In this document: positions 12,109-25,606 of the stretch, one piece after another
Numbering within the stretch: the first letter of the stretch is position 1
Layout: each line of letters starts with the position of its first letter
Assembly (NCBI RefSeq): GCF_018350175.1
Contig: NC_058368.1
Coordinates: forward strand, 30,568,001 to 30,632,000
From: Felis catus
Lineage: Eukaryota
Direction: 5' to 3'
Length of the DNA stretch: 64,000 bases
Position numbers and translations under genes: made by a program
Notes under the pieces: model-generated
Told to the model about the DNA's origin: nothing
What the model saw: the letters and a program-made list of their open reading frames with translations, nothing else
Database searches by the model: none

Positions 12109-15100
12109 AAAGCAATAAGAGAGCAAAACAGGGACAAAATAACTGCAAGACAGGAGGAAGTCATAAACAAATGGCATTAAGTCCTTCCCTAGTTTGAATA
12201 TAAATAGATTAAATTCTCCAATCAAAAACAGAGTGGTTTGGATGCATTAAGACAATAACAACAACAACAGACATATACTATGTATTATTTACAAAAGACT
12301 CACTTTAGATGCAGAGACAAAATAGGCTGAAAGTAAACACATAGTAAAAGATATTTGATGCAAATGGTAACCCAAAGACAGCAGGAATGGCCAGACTTCT
12401 ATCAGACAAAATAGACTTTTAAGTCAACAACTGGTAGACCGTAGACCAACACACTTACACAGAATACTCCATTCTACAGGCGAATACACAATCTGTCAAG
12501 TGCACATGGAATATTTCTCTGGGTGTATCCCACAAAACAAGTAAATTTAAAACTAAAATCATACCAAGTGTATTTTCTGGCCAGAGTGGAGTGAAACTAG
12601 ACATCAACAGCAAAAGGAAACCTGGAAAATTTGCAAATATGTGGAAATTAGACAACACACTCTTGAACAAACGATAGGTAAGAAAAGAAATCACAAGAGA
12701 AATAAAAAAATACCTTGAGAGAGATGAAAACAAAAATACAACATACCAAAACTTATGTGCTGTGGCAAAAAAGTATAAAGAGCAAAGTTGATGGTGGGAA
12801 TTATAACTGAATAAAAAAGTAACCTAACTTTCCTTAAGGAGCTAGAAGGACAAACTAAGCCCAAAATTAACAGAAGGAATAAAATAACTATTAAAGCAGA
12901 AATAAATGGAATAGAAAACAGAATAGTAGAAAAATCAATGAAATTAAGAGTAGCTTTTTTTTCTGGTAAGGACTAACAAAATTGACAAACCCCTTAGCTA
13001 GACTAAGAAAAAGAAGATTTAAGTAAATAAAATAAAAAAATATATAAGAAATTACATTAAAATTGATGCCATAGGAAAAAAAAGGATCATGAGACTACTA
13101 TGAACATTTATACGCCAACAAATTGAATAACCTGAAAAAAATGGATAAATTTTAGAAACATGCAATCTACCAAGACTGAATCAAGAAGAAATAAAGAATC
13201 TGAACAGATATATGACTCATAATAGGATTGAATCAGTAATCAAAAAGCTCCCAATAAAGAAAATCCAAGACCAGATGGCTTCACTGGAGAATTCCACCAA
13301 ATATTTAAGGAAGAATTAACACTAATCTCTTTCAAGCTCTTCCAAAAAAATTGAAGAGGAGAGAACGAACACTTCCAAACTCATTCTGAGGCCAGAATTA
13401 CCCTGATACCAAAATCAGACAAAGATACTACAAGGAAAGAAAACTACAGACCAATGTCCCTGTTGAATACTGGTGCAAAAATCCTCAACAAATACTAGCA
13501 AAGTGAACTCAATAGCACTTTTAGAGGGTCATGCACCGTAACCAAATGAGATTTATTTCTGGAATGCAACGATATTTCAAAATATGAGAATCAGTCAATG
13601 TGATATGCCATATTAACAGAATAAGGCTAAAACCCATAGCATCCGTATTTCAGTTAATATAGAAAGAGAAATTGACAGAATTCAACACCTTTGCATAATA
13701 AAAACACTCAAGAAACTAGGAGTAGCAGAACATTACCTCAGGAAAATAAAAGCCATACATGAAAAGCCCACATTTAATATTATGCTCAATAGTGAAAAAC
13801 TATAAATTTTCCCTCTAACGTCAGGGACAAGGCATGGATGAACACTTCTACTATTCTATTAAACATGATACTCAAAGTCCTATCCAGAACAATTAGGCAA
13901 GAACAATAAATAAAAGGTATCCAAGTTGAGAATGAAGAAATAAAACTATCTCTACTAGACAATATAGGTAGGAAACCCTGGAGATTCCACCAAAAAAAAA
14001 CCTGCTAGAGCTAATAAATTAAGCAAAGTTTCAGGAGACAGAATTGACACACGTTATCAGTTGTGTTTTTATATACTAATAACGAACAATCCAAAAAAAG
14101 GACATTAAGAAGACAATTCCATTTATAATAGCATCAAAAAGAATAAAATATTTAGAAACAAACTTAACTAAGGATTCAAAAACCTTGTGAGTTGAAAGCT
14201 ACAAAGCATTTCTGCAAGATAGTGAAAAAAAACCAAATAAATGAAAATGCATCCCATGTTTATGGATTGGAAAGCTTAACATTATTAAAATATGCATACT
14301 CCCCAAAGTGATCTGTAGGTTCAATGAAATCCTTATCAAAATCTTATTGACATTATTTTAGAAATAGAGAAAAAGTCCTAAAATTCATATGGGGTCACAA
14401 AGGACCCCAAAATAGCCAAAACAATCTTGAGAAAGAACATCAATGCTGGAGGCCTCACACGTTCTGATTTCGAAATAAACTTTCATACACATGGTCGAGT
14501 GGTCTTTGACAAGGAGGCCAAGGGATACAATGGGGAAATAATTTTCTGTTAATAAGTGTGTTAAGAAAACTGGATATTAACATGCAAAAGAATGAAGCTG
14601 GATTTTTACCTTAAACCATATATACAATTCAACTCAAAATGGAATATAGATGTAAAGGTAAAACCTGAAAAATATAAAACTCATAGAAGAAAACATAGGG
14701 GAGAATCTTCATGACATTGGATTTGGCAATGGGTTATTGAAAATGACACACACAGACAAGAAAAATAATGGAGATTACATCAAGCTTAAAAACTTCTATG
14801 CAGCCTACAAAACAATCAAAAGAGTGGAAAGGCAACCTACATAATGGAAGAAAATATTTGCAAGCCATATATCTCATATTGGGTTAGTTTCTACAGTATA
14901 TTAAGAACTCCTACAACTCATCAAAAAACCCAAATATTCTATTGACAAATGAATAATAGACTAAATAAACATGTCTCCAAAGAAGATATAGAAATGGCCA
15001 ACAAGCATATGAGAAGATGCTCAGAATCACTAATTACCAGGGAAATTCAAATAAAAACCATAATTAGATATTACCTCACTATCAAAAAATGGAAAATAGA

Positions 15101-15273
15101 TGGCCGCTATCAAAGAAAAAACTAACAAAATGTTTGCTAGGATGTAGAAATTGTACAGTTTGTGTATTACTGGCAGAAATGTAAAACAATGAAGCTTTTA
15201 TGGAAGACAGTAATGGAGCTTCCTCAAAAAAAAGAAAAATATAATTACCACATGATCCAGCAGTCCCAATCTG

Positions 15274-15276
<3 letters not shown>

Positions 15277-15324
<48 letters not shown>
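15277..15324. repeat. (AT)24 microsatellite
   Basis: Direct reading. Confidence 0.97.
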
Positions 15325-15330
<6 letters not shown>

Positions 15331-15442
15331 ATTGAAAACCAGATCTTGTAGAGATATTTGCACTCCTAGGTTCATTGCAGCAGTGATCATGATAGTCAGG
15401 ATATATAGAGGCAACCCAAGTGTTTATCCATGGGTGAATGGA

Positions 15443-15450
15443 TACACACA

Positions 15451-15495
<45 letters not shown>

Positions 15496-15501
15496 GCGCG
15501 C
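15443..15501. repeat. (CA)n(CG)n microsatellite
   Basis: Direct reading. Confidence 0.95.
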
Positions 15502-16400
15502 AATGAAATATTCATCCATGAGAAGGAGGGAAATCCTGCCATTTACTGCATCATGAAGGAAACTTGAGGACCTTACATAAAGTGAAATAAGCCAGTCACA
15601 AATAGACAAATACTTCATGATTCCATTTATAAGAAGTCATCAAACTCTTAGAAACAGAAAATAGAATTGTGGTTGCCGGGAGCAGGTGAGGGGGACAACA
15701 GAGAGTTGTCGCTCCATGGATATAGAGTTCCTATCTTGCAAGATGCAAACATTCTAGAGATCTGTTGCACAGCAATGTGCATACATTGTCTACTGTACTG
15801 TGCGCTTAAAAATGGCTAAGGTGGTACATTTTATGTTATGTGTTTTTAACCACAACTAAAAGAAACCAACAAACCTACCCAACTTGGCATATGAATTCAG
15901 AGACACCAATCCTCTCTTTCTCTGAGCTTTCTTATCCTAATGATAACTTTATGCTTGCTGCTTAAAGTTTCCAAGAATTCTATTGGAAAATGCCTGGTTT
16001 TAAAGTCAAAGGATCTTGGTTGATCTCGATTTCTGGCTCCTCCAGAATTGTTTTATATACTCTTAGACAAGTCACTTAGACTTCCTTATACAAAATAGAA
16101 ATAATTCTTAGGGACACAGTGAGGTTTCAATAAAATAAGAAAAACAGAAATCCTTTTAAAATTGCCCTGTATTATAAATATGTGAATTACTCTCCCCATA
16201 ACTTTGTAAAAATAATTTAAAATCCCCTGAAATTTCCTTCCAAAAAGTTTTGAATCAGAACATATAAGCGAGAGTTTTAGAAACCCTCCAGCTGACTCTA
16301 CTTGCATCTGAAAATTAAACAAACAAAATTCTTGTACCTTGAGAATTTTTTAAACACCATAGATTACTTTTTTAAAAACTGACCACTAAAAAGTAATTTA

Positions 16401-16519
16401 GGGGCACCTTGGTAGCTCAGTCGGTTAAGCATCCAACTTCAGCTCAGGTCGTGATCTCACGGTTCATGAGTTCGAGCACCTCATGGGGCTCTGCGCTGAC
16501 AGCACAGAGCCTGCTTGGG

Positions 16520-16559
<40 letters not shown>

Positions 16560-16597
16560 CCTCCCTCACTCTCTCAAAAATAAATAAATGAACTTAA
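16401..16597 (+). mobile_element. Can-SINE
   Basis: Head, (CT)n, AATAAA tail; TSD aaaaagta(a/g)ttt. Confidence 0.95.
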
Positions 16598-16702
16598 AAA
16601 AAGTAGTTTGAAGCGGTTTTTCTACATAGATAGAGAGTGTGTATCTGTTTACTGGGTAAAATGATGAGAAATTCAGCGAGATACATTAGTGGCACTTTGG
16701 TC

Positions 16703-16901
16703 CAGTGGTTCACAACTGGAGGTGAATTTACCCCTCCGGGGACATTTGAGACAATTTTGATTGTCACAACTGGGGAGGAAAGTGCGACTTGAGTGATAGA
16801 GGTCAGGGATGATCCTAAAGCCCCTACAGGACACTGGACAACCCCACTCAACAATGAGTTATCTAATCCAAAATGTCCATGTGCTGCGATGAGAAACTTT
16901 G
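16703..16901 (+). mobile_element. MER20 (hAT-Charlie non-autonomous DNA transposon)
   Basis: cagtggttcacaactggaggtgaattt...ttgtcacaactggggagg...tagaggtcagggatg...gagaaactttg; about 200 bp; degenerate 8-bp flanks ctttggtc/ctttagat. Confidence 0.85.
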
Positions 16902-17670
16902 CTTTAGATGACACGAGGGAACGTGGACTCTTGTAGACGAAGCTGCTTTTGGATCCTGACCCTTAAGAGGCTATAAGGACTACTATGGAACCCTATGTTT
17001 TGCCTGTTTTCCTCCTTCTCTATCTGACTTACGGGACTTATCTCCAGTATCCCCAAGGACTACTCCATCCTAACATGTCTTAAGTCAGAATTTATGTGGA
17101 ACCACTGTGGAAACTCATAAGACACGACAGACCACAGAGGCATTAATATGCTGCTGACACCAGCTGTAAATCTTCATCTCATCTACTGCTGACAGTGCTA
17201 TCTCAAAGATTTCAAAGAGCCTGAAAAAAGTAGACTCCTGAGTAAAAAAAAAAAAAAAAAAAAAAAAAAGACACAGCCGTCTTGGAATCAACTTCAGTGA
17301 TATAGAGGCAGTGTTTCCCTGCAGGGGAAGGCATTTTGAGAGCTTATCTACTGCTGACTTCACCTCCAGTTGAAGTTTATGCTGTTCTCTTTCCTTACAG
17401 ATCTTCTTTACTTTTTTTTTTTTTTTTTTTAACTCTCAAGCCTTAGCAGCACACATGATCTGCTTCTTCTGTTATAAAGGTCAGTCTAAAGTTACAACAA
17501 TATTGCACATGATAGCTTACTATCTTGATGCTTTTTTTTTTTCAAACTGGTTATTTCCCCAAAGTTCCGCTAACTGAGGATATGGAGAGATTTTTAAGTG
17601 ATGGCAGTTAGATGCCTGGAATCTTGAAGCAGAAGTGCGGGAGTCTGTGATTTCCTGAGTTCCAGTTTTT

Positions 17671-17950
17671 TTAAAATTAATTAATTAATTAATTTTTTCC
17701 AATAAAATAACACAAATTTTATTTGATAGTATTTATGTTGATGATCTCTTCCTTTAGAACAGGGGTCCTTCCCTCTTTTTTGTATGGCATTAACTTTTAT
17801 TTTATTTTGTTTTTTTTTAATATATGAAATTTATTGTCAAATTGGTTTCCATACAACACCCAGTGCTCATCCCAAAAGATGCCCTCTTCAGTACCCATCA
17901 CCTACCCTCCCCTCCCTCCCACCCCCTATCAACTCTCAGTTTGTTCTCAG
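17671..17950 (-). mobile_element. 5'-truncated felid L1 3' end with extra 3' sequence (probable transduction)
   Basis: aaatttattgtcaaattggtttccatacaacacccagtgctcatccc is the reverse felid L1 terminus; perfect 17-bp TSD cctgagttccagttttt at 17654-17670 and 17951-17967. Confidence 0.88.
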
Positions 17951-19671
17951 CCTGAGTTCCAGTTTTGATGCACATAGCCTAACCCCTGAAAGAACCCAAG
18001 TCAGGTTGCCAAAAGTAGGTACTGAATGAACTATTTAACTTTCTGAAGTTAACTAGGTTATTACATGCCTGATTGGGGTCAACAATGAACAAGGGTTCTC
18101 TTCGCCATCCAGAAAGTCCAGGGCTATGACTCACTTTCCAAATGCCTCCCATATTTTATCATCCTTTACAGAGTGTTCCAAAGGGGAAGAGTCAGTGATG
18201 ATTTTCCTGATTATGTTCTTTTGATGAGGTTGCCACTCAAAGGATTCATTCAACCACTTGACCACCTGATGTGGTAGTTCTCTGAATGTCAAAGAGATCT
18301 GAGGAGAAGGAATTAGTATTTTAAAAAAAAAATAACACCCGAGTCAAATTAAATGAGAGAGATTTTGGCAACTATATCTACTTCTGAAATTTACCTTTAA
18401 AGGCTGTACGGCATAATCAGAATTCTAACAAGGAGTCAACATCATTCTCTCAGTGAAAAAATGACTTTTTAAAATTTGTTTGCTGAAGCTGAACAGCCTT
18501 GAAAGAAGATGGAAAGGTAGCCAATAAATTCAGTGTCTTACCGGGAGACTCGGCAAATACTGAATATCACTATCCTAACAAATCTTAATGAAAAGCTAAA
18601 TCTACTTACGGACAGAGGGAATTGATTGGGAATACATTTACTTCATAAAGACTAAAATCAAGTGGTCATACAGTACTGTTTTGTCAAGTTTGGAAAAGCC
18701 TTCTCATTAAAAAGAAGAGAATTCTATTGTGCTTTATCTTCACTGTTGCATGAGGGTCCTAAAACGATTCTGGTACCAGCAGCATGACCTGATGTAGGCA
18801 ACTAGAGAGAAAGCAGGAATAATTGAGACTTGGAGCTAAACACATCTCACCTTTCACACAAAAGCTGGTGGTAGAGTGAAAATGGTCCCAGGAGTCTTCC
18901 CTCACTACATTGCCCCCCAAAGAATTAATTACAGTGTCTGGCTTAAGGATGTCTTTGGGAAGGGAAAGCACGTCCTCTCAGACCTGTGTGATCTCAGAAA
19001 CATATTAGTGCTTAAAACGGTATGTGGAGAGCTTTGCACTGCTCTATCTTAGAAAAATGTGTGCATGGGCCTATGAAACATTTTTAAACAAATAATTTAG
19101 CATCTTCTCTAGACTGAAGAGTAAATTGTTCATCCAAAGGTGGCTGCTCAGGAGCCTGAAGTTCATAGGTTTATGCATTAACAGTACTAATAATTTAGCC
19201 TTCAATTGGATATGCAATTTCCAAGGGATGGGCTGGCAAATTGTATGGCCATCTTCCACCTCGTTTATGAGCAAGTCGAGAAATTAGAAGTAAATAAGGG
19301 TAAAACAACACATTCACTGAATCCAGGTTTCAGGGCAGGACTGATTCTGTTAGTAAAGTGTCTTTCTCTTCCAAACCCTAAAATTAAGCAGGTGCCTACT
19401 CTTACACTCTTGGTTAGCTAGACCAAAGGCTTAGACATGGAGGTAACGTTGCTCCCAAAAGGATGAAAGATAATGTAGAACTGAGTATGCCTAAGTAGTT
19501 GTTTTTTCATAAATTACCAGTCAGAAAAGTCAGACTACTTCCCTAGGAGTAGAATGAGTCAAAGACAGATAGAGGCCAGGAATGTTCTTAGAGAAATGCC
19601 CCCAACCCAAAATGGATTCCTTTCATAGTTCAGTTTTTGACTTATTGTTTCTATGCCAAAACATTCGTGTG

Positions 19672-19673
<2 letters not shown>

Positions 19674-19714
<41 letters not shown>
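19674..19714. repeat. (TG)n microsatellite
   Basis: Direct reading. Confidence 0.97.
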
Positions 19715-19718
<4 letters not shown>

Positions 19719-20024
19719 AGTGTAATTTTTTTAGTGTAATTTATTTCTTATGAAAGAAAACATTCCTGTGAGGTGTCTAATATTCTCAGTCTGGACTCTT
19801 ATGAATTTGGACTCTTTACCAAAATGTAAATGATTCTTTCCCCAGGAATTATACGAAGGAAGTACAATTACATTTATGGAGCTAAACAATAAAATCTATA
19901 GATATCAGGTCAGAGTAGAAAAATGCCAATTGCTGTAAGGAGACAATGATAATCTAAGTTGCATGTTTTAATACAATTAAAGAAAGAGTATATCCCCAAG
20001 TAGGAGGACCAACTAAGGAAAGAG

Positions 20025-20027
<3 letters not shown>

Positions 20028-20060
<33 letters not shown>
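20028..20060. repeat. (GA)n microsatellite
   Basis: Direct reading. Confidence 0.97.
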
Positions 20061-20065
<5 letters not shown>

Positions 20066-21159
20066 TTCAGCTAGGCTCATTAAAACACTGTCCATGGGAG
20101 AGGAAACCTTTGTCAGCTGAATGTCAGAAACTCAGGTCCCATGTAGAAGGGTTTTCCTCTGTTCTTTTTAACCATTTGATTTCTCTGACTTTTACTACTT
20201 TGACTCCCTGCTTGTTGAGGCAGTTTTGACTGCTCTGTTGCTGCCTGTGTAAATCTGCTGAGTGAGATAATGTTCTGGTCATGAAACTTCAGGTTTGCTC
20301 AGTAGCTGTGAAAATAATCTCTCCATGGCATCTGATTTTCCCTTCCCCACATAGAATATCAACCAGAGAATGTGATGATCGTGTTAATGCCAGTATTCTG
20401 ATCTATGCCATAGGGATATTTTCCTTGGAAACTAGTAAATGATGACTCTAGCTTTCTAGATCCATTCTTGTGAGCCTGGAGAAAGTGAATCTCTTCCTGA
20501 GAAGTAGAGCCACTGTGGGTGTACTGACCAAATAAAATTTCTGTGCCTGCAAGGCTGAGGAAGAAAGTGGTAGCAAAGGCCGCGTGATTGAAGCAAAGAT
20601 TAGGCTGTGGGAAAATGAGGTATAAAAGATCAAATTATGCAATGATTATAAGAATATAGCTGCATAATTACATGGGCACAGTTCCATAAAATTTCCTAAA
20701 ACTTCTAAAGTATTCACTGGATGTTGTTGCGACAGCAAATTAGAGGAACACGAGGAGGCATGATCTGGTCTTGCAAATCGGAGGAGCATAAGGGTAGCAT
20801 TAAAACTTTGAAGACCTGTAGATCATGCTCAGGTATCTCAGAATTATCGAGAAGGCTCGATGGCCAGGATATCTCTATGTTAGTGGAGGTATGATGCACA
20901 AAGGAAATCGCTAGTGAGTTCCATTTAAAAAATAGTCTGGTTGCAGAATGCTTCCATTTCCTTTTGGGTTGAAAGTCATTTAGGAACAGACTACATGTAA
21001 CAACAAGAAGACATTATTACTGAATGATGATATGAGGTTATGAGATATAAGGAAGATAGGAGGAGGAAGAAAAGATAGAGATTTAAAAAATAGAGACATG
21101 TAGTCAGGCACAGTTTCCTGTGCACAAGGAAAATGCATACCAATGACGTTAATGAACAA

Positions 21160-21390
21160 TACTGTCTGATATTTATTGCACTCTTACTTATGGCAGACAC
21201 CATAATAATTTTTATGTTGTTTATCGCATTGAATCTTCAGCACCTTATGAGTCAAACATTATTATTCGTGTCATTTTACAGACGAGGGAATGAAGTGATG
21301 GAGCGATGTCATTTGACCAAAGTTATATTACTAATAAATGGAGCTGTTAACGAACCAAGGTCTCTAAGAGCTCCATAGCTCAACATTACA
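21160..21390 (-). mobile_element. MIR
   Basis: cattttacagacgagggaatgaag reverse core. Confidence 0.75.
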
Positions 21391-21749
21391 TCTCATTACC
21401 AAATACAGTCACGGACTATATAGAGAAATATACTAGTGTTTGGGTTGTAGGGAGTGGTGTATCAGATTCATTTTTATGCAAGAAACTTAACTTTAGAAGA
21501 CAGACTGATAACTGGATTTCGAGCAATGGTTTGAAAGATGGAAACTATGCAATTTCGTAGGTAAAAGAAAATAGCGTTTTCTTTGTTTTGTAAAGTACAG
21601 GCAATTTCTCAGAGTCTTTTCAAGGGAAAGCAAAATTAGGGAATAAATCGCACCGGATAATTTTGAGTCTTACATCTGTCCTTGAAAACTATACATAGAA
21701 GGTCACCTAGACACTGTAGAGGAGGAAACAAACAAAAGTTGATATGCTT

Positions 21750-21930
21750 CTCTACAGTTCTACTTGTGCTTTATAGTTTTCAATGTATTTTAATATGTAT
21801 TTTTGAACTTGAGTCTGCTGCGGTAGATAGCGTGGCTGGATTATTCCCATTAAATTATGAGAACAATGGCGCTCAAAGAGATTCAATGACTTTCCTAAGA
21901 TCATGTGGCCCATAAGAGACAGACTTAAGG
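21750..21930 (-). mobile_element. MIR fragment
   Basis: attattcccatt...atgagaacaatggcgctcaaagagattcaatgactttcctaagatca. Confidence 0.55.
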
Positions 21931-22344
21931 CTATTTATTGTTCATGTGGCAAGTCTCTTGGAAAAGTGCTGAACTGCTAAGTCATTATTTTCCGCGAGTC
22001 TATAATTCAATGCAAGAAAAAAAAGTTGGACCGAGATGTGAAACCAGTTGGGCTAAATAGTCATATCTGAAAATATAAAGTAGAAACACGGATAACTGAC
22101 AAATGATTGCCTCCTGGTGACCTGGGCTTGGATGTTGGATTCATGTTATGGTTGTTCCTCACCTTGTTTCCCCTTGATTTCTAAAGACAAGGGGCTTTTC
22201 CTCAGGATTATTTTTACTTCTAGGCTCTTTGGTGAGTTATGCACGGGGTGAGTTATGGGCACAGCTACATGCTGCTCTTTTTGGAACACCTTTAAAATAT
22301 AGGGTTCTGGCATTCTACAGTTGTTAAGAAACCCTGCTGCAGCA

Positions 22345-22520
22345 TAATGTGTTTCTGGGCAAATTATATAACCCTGACAGACCTCACTTTCCTCCTAAGT
22401 AGCACAAGTAGAAAATACTGACATCGATTTTCTGTGTGGATTACTTAGAATAATGTGTGTGAGGTGCTTAGCCCAATAACTAGTGTAAAGAAATGCTCAG
22501 CAAATGGTGACTATTATTTC
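22345..22520 (+). mobile_element. MIR
   Basis: tgggcaaattatataacc...cctcactttcctc...gtgcttagc...gctcagcaaatggtgactattatt. Confidence 0.7.
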
Positions 22521-22634
22521 TTTTGCTAGAATATGAATATCGTCAATAGGAGTGAGTGGAGTTTCTAACATGACACATCAGTTTTGCTGAGTTCTGAGAG
22601 CTCTGAGATGTATCTAGAATCTTGCTTATTAAAA

Positions 22635-23490
22635 CACGTCCATGTAGATATCCCAAACGTGTGTCCAATTCAACACTTCCAAAACGGAACTAATTTTTTT
22701 TCCCTTTGAACCTGCTATGTGTCCTCGCTTAAATGAATGGCATCACCATTCACCAGATTGCCCAAATCAGATGCCTGGTTGTAGCAAAGTAGCCTTCATT
22801 TCCTTCACCAGCAGTGGTCTGATTATCTATAGACCCTTCCTCCAAAATGTTAATGGAATCCAAACTCTCTTTTCCACACTCTCTTTGTTGAAGAGTCTCT
22901 TTGTTGAAGCAGTCACCATTGTGCGCTGAGCCCACGGCAGTGTTCTCCACCTGAGCAAATTGCGTCCAGGTTTATTTTCCTTGTGGCGGCCCTCCACACA
23001 GCTTCCAAAGTGATTTGTCTAAAATGCAAATTTGGTAATGTCATTGCTTTCCTTTTAAATCCCTTAACTAACTCTTAATAGCCGGTGGGATAAAATTGGA
23101 GCACACAAAAGCCTTTCTGATCTGGCCTACTCTTCGGTTCATCTCCACGGACTCTCTCTCCCCCTCACTGCATCATGCTTGCTTCTGACCATGTGCCTTG
23201 GTTCATGTGGTTCCCCTCTTCCTCTAATCTTCCGAGATCAGGATGCTCAAGCATCTCATCTTCATGGAAGCCTTGTCTGGTTGGCTCCACGTTCCCTTTA
23301 TCCCTCCTCTCTCACTTCCTGCATGCCTCTTCTGTAGAACTGACTTCAACACATTGTGTGTCTACATTTGACCTCCACCAGTAGACTGTGAGTGTCCTGA
23401 GGGCAAGGGCTTTTTTCCTATTTGGATTCACAAATTTTATCTGGCACTTATTAAATCTTCAGTAAATATGTGTTTAATAAACGTATTAAT
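22635..23490 (+). mobile_element. L2 3' portion
   Basis: aatggcatcaccattcaccagattgcccaa, tagactgtgagtgtcctgagggcaagggc and cagtaaatatgtgtttaataaa L2 terminus. Confidence 0.8.
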
Positions 23491-23590
23491 TGTCAGCATT
23501 CTGGACTGGTCACAATAATGCAATTATTTTAAGCGAAATTAGTGTCCAGTGACATTTTTAACAGCTTTATTGAAATATATTTAACATATA

Positions 23591-23807
23591 GGGGTGCCCG
23601 GGTGGCTTGGTCTGGTAAGCATCAGACTCTTGACTTCAGCTCAGGTCATGATCTCCCGGTTCATGAGTTCAAGCCCTACTTCGGGCTCTGCACTGGCAGC
23701 AGAGCCTGCTGGGGATTCTTTCTCTCTCTCTCTCTCTCTGCCCCTCCCCTGCTCGTGTTCCCTCTCCCCCTCTCAAAATAAATAAATAAAATAAACTTTA
23801 AAAAAAA
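23591..23807 (+). mobile_element. Can-SINE in the L1 3' end
   Basis: TSD tatattta(a/g)ca(t/c)ata. Confidence 0.95.
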
Positions 23808-24305
23808 GTATATTTAGCACATAATAACTAACATAGAGAATAGTGTACCACTTGGGAAGTTTTGACATATGTATATACCCTGGGAACAGTCACCATAATT
23901 AAGTAATGAATGAAGGAACTCGAAAGTTCCCTTGTACCCCTTTGTAATCTATCCATCCTCCTTCTAAATCTCCTCTCCAGGCAGTCACTGGACTGATTAC
24001 TATCACTCCAGATTGGTTTGTATTTTCTAGAATTTTATATAAATGAAATCATATGATATGTATGGTTTTTTTGCCTTTTCCCGCCCATGGAGCATAATTA
24101 TTTGGGGGATTCATTCACGTTCATTATGTGTATCATTGGTATCATTAGTTCCTTCCTTTTTTTGCTGAATTGTTTTCCACGGTATGGATTACACATCTGT
24201 TCCACAATTGTTTATCCATTCACCTGTTGATGGACATTTGGGTTATTTCCAGTTTTTTGGCTATTACCATGAAAGTGGATTTGAATATTTGTAAATAAGC
24301 TCTTT

Positions 24306-25060
24306 AAAATGTATTTATTTAAATTCAAGTTAGTTAACATACAGTGTAGTATTGGTTTCGGGAGTAGAACCCACTGATTCATCACTTACATATAACACCC
24401 AGAGCTTATTCCTGGAAAGTGCGCTCCTTACTGCCCATCACCCATTTAACCCAACCCCCCACAACCTCCCCTCCAGCAACCCTCTGTTTGTTCTCTGTAT
24501 TTAAGAGTCTCTTACGGTTTGCCTCTCTCTGTGTTTTAATCTTATTGTTTCTTCCCTTTCCCTATGTAAATCTGTTGTGTTTCTCAAATTCCACATTTGA
24601 GTGAAATCATATGATACCTTTCTCTGACTGGCTTATTTCCCTTAGCATAATACACTCTAGTTCCATCCACGTTGTTGCAGATGACAAGATTTAATTCTTT
24701 GTGATCATCAAGTAATATTCTATTTTGTGTGTGTGTGTGTGTCTGTATGTGTGTATATACATATATATATATGTATATACATATATATGTGTGTGTATAT
24801 GTACATATATATATATACATGTATATATGTGTGTATATATACACGTATATATGTGTATATATATACGTGAATATATATATATGTATACACATATATACAT
24901 GTATATATATATATCACATCTTTATCCATCAGTTGATAGACATTTGGTTTCTTTCCATAATTTGGCTATTGTTGATAGCACTGCTATAAATATTGGGGTG
25001 CATGTGCCCCTTCATTCCAGCAATTGCAATACTAGGTGTTTATCCAAAGGATACAAAAAT
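24306..25060 (-). mobile_element. Carnivore L1 3' fragment with a short 5' inversion
   Basis: aattcaagttagttaacatacagtgtagtattggtttc reverse terminus; the last 47 bp or so are in the opposite orientation. Confidence 0.88.
24726..24914. repeat. Compound TG/TA/CA microsatellite within L1 3'UTR
   Basis: Direct reading. Confidence 0.95.
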
Positions 25061-25606
25061 GTGAATACGTTTTTAGGTGAACATGTAATTCATTTTTATA
25101 TACTAAATAGCTACTAATGGAATGACTGGATCATATGGTAGCTGTATATTTAACATTTTAAGAAATTACCAAACTGTTTTCCTAAGTGTTTGTACCATTT
25201 ACCATTTAACATAACCACTAGCAGTGTATGAGAGAGTTCTGTTTTTTGTTTTTTGTTTTTTGTTTTTTTTTACATCCTTGTTAACACTTGCCATGGTCAG
25301 TTTTCTAAATCTTAGACATTTTAACAGATGTGTAGAAGTTTCACCTTAATGTTTTAATTTGCATTTCCCTAATGGATGTTGACCATGTTTTTAATGTGCT
25401 TATATACCATCAATGTCGTTTTTAGTGAAATAGTTTTTTTTTAATATTTTACCCATTTTTTAAAATTGGGTTGTTTGATTTCTTATTATTGAGCTTTGAG
25501 AATTCTCTATACATTCTGGGTAGAAGTCCTTTATCAGATATATAATTTGCAAATATTTTCTCCTAGACTATAAATGATCTTTTAATTTTCCTAGAATTCT
25601 CTTTTT

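Larger units (their letters stand above)
8243..15862 (+). mobile_element. Near full-length degenerate L1 (L1MB-like): 5'UTR, ORF1 and ORF2 remnants, 3'UTR; interrupted by a nested L1 and a SINE
   Basis: 5' start gtgacatctgcaagatgg; ORF1-like atggcccaatcaaaggag at about 9220; ORF2 motifs such as ccagatggcttcactggagaattc and aactacagaccaatgtccctg; 3' end attttatgttatgtgtttttaaccacaa; many stops and frameshifts. Confidence 0.92.

Noticed and set aside
10319..15100. Functional L1 ORF1/ORF2
   Set aside because: Only short reading-frame fragments remain, with many stops, frameshifts and deletions.
17115..17363. Minus-strand exon/ORF after a poly-T tract
   Set aside because: The acceptor depends on a homopolymer, no donor was found before the stop, and the peptide is unrecognised.
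18852..18983. Minus-strand exon ending AAG|GTGAGA
   Set aside because: Weak acceptor and stops in all three frames.
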